64,000 bases of DNA. Origin: Octopus bimaculoides. Taxonomy: Eukaryota. The stretch spans positions 4,614,666 through 4,678,665 of the forward strand of contig NC_068984.1 in NCBI RefSeq assembly GCF_001194135.2. Reading direction: 5' to 3'. Position numbers and translations under genes: made by a program. Positions 62,982 through 64,000 of the stretch are shown here, piece after piece (within the stretch, counting starts at the first letter, position 1; each line of letters begins with the position of its first letter). The notes beneath the pieces are model-generated. The model did no database searches, was not told the DNA's origin, and worked only from the letters and a program-made list of their open reading frames with translations.

Positions 62982-63582
62982 ATAAGGATTCATAAATGGT
63001 GAATTGGCAGACTTATTGGAGTGCTTTGAAGTACATGTTATGATTTTTGTTTTTGCAGAGTGAGTTCGAATCCCAGTTAGGTCAATTCAGACTTTCATTT
63101 GGAGCAAATAAATAAAATACCAGTTGAAGGATTGATGGAGTTGTTTGAATGTCCAGTTCTTTGTATTCTGGGTTCAAATTCCATCAAAGGATTGAGGTTC
63201 TGGTAAACTGTTAAGAGTTAATCACCTGACCATGGGACCAGAACTAATTATGAAAGCTGCAGTGGGTGCAGACGGGGGTGAGGGTGTGAAGGTTCTGGTT
63301 GTTAAATGATGATGATGATGATGTAATTTTTAATGAGTGAGTGGCAGGTAATATGAGGTGGCAGAAAAAAAAATATATATAAAATTAAAACAAAAAATAA
63401 TTAGAAAAGCATATAAACATAGATTTAAGATGTTTTTATTTTTATTGCTTCTTCCTCTGACCTATTTTATTGTCGAGGAATTTAAGTTGTACTAAAAATG
63501 TTGAAGCATGTTTGATTGTGTTGTTGGTATAATGGTTAGTATCATCAGTTTGGCCACACACATATATATATATAAAGTAAAT

Positions 63583-63622
<40 letters not shown>

Positions 63623-63864
63623 CTCGTTGCTGTTATGTTAAACTGTTGTATGTCCAAATTTGGCCAAATGCGTTTTTTTCAATATTTATTTTTGCTTGCA
63701 ATAGCCAGTTATTTTGGTCAAACTGTCTTATCTCCAGCTGCTTCAGATGCCAAGATATCGAAAATTGTCAAAGTGTAGTACAACGGTTTTGCTATGGAAT
63801 GGTGAAACTATTTTTTTCGTTTTCTGAAAAAGCAACGTTTTGGACACCTTTGCATAATAGCAAC

Positions 63865-63944
63865 GGTATATACATACATACATACATATATATATACATG
63901 TATATATATATGTATATATATATGTATATATGTATATATATATG

Positions 63945-64000
<56 letters not shown>
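63865..64000. repeat. (TA)n/(TATG) microsatellite running to the window end
   Basis: Direct inspection. Confidence 0.95.

Noticed and set aside
55474-64000. GRIPAP1 exon 3
   Set aside because: The candidate acceptors I checked (~57259, 62610, 63058) give immediate in-frame stops and no similarity to the expected sequence. The exon probably lies beyond the window.

Overview
AT-rich, microsatellite- and retroposon-dense eukaryotic DNA with assembly gaps. The repeat landscape resembles an octopod cephalopod such as Octopus (inferred, not verified). Two + strand genes are supported. BRK1 (BRICK1/HSPC300, WAVE complex) has its last two coding exons at 2556-2638 and 12586-12612. GRIPAP1 (GRASP-1) has coding exon 1 at 25598-25639 and exon 2 at 55407-55473, separated by a ~29.8-kb first intron and preceded by a CpG-rich promoter/5'UTR. 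Most of the rest is repeats: several tRNA-derived SINE families, a (GAT)n-tailed retroposon with internal ~66-bp arrays, RTE and R4-like LINE remnants, a deleted Tc1/mariner, and TTAA-flanked piggyBac-like MITEs. Apart from these exons and a few transposon remnants, the ORF track is not coding. The most notable signal is a set of hammerhead ribozyme motifs (CUGAUGA...GAAA...UH) with palindromic stem III, carried by several different inverted-repeat, Penelope-like elements. One at 29876-29920 (-) keeps every core nucleotide. One family appears to fuse a tRNA-like head to a hammerhead. The type I motifs I found inside introns all lie antisense to the host genes.
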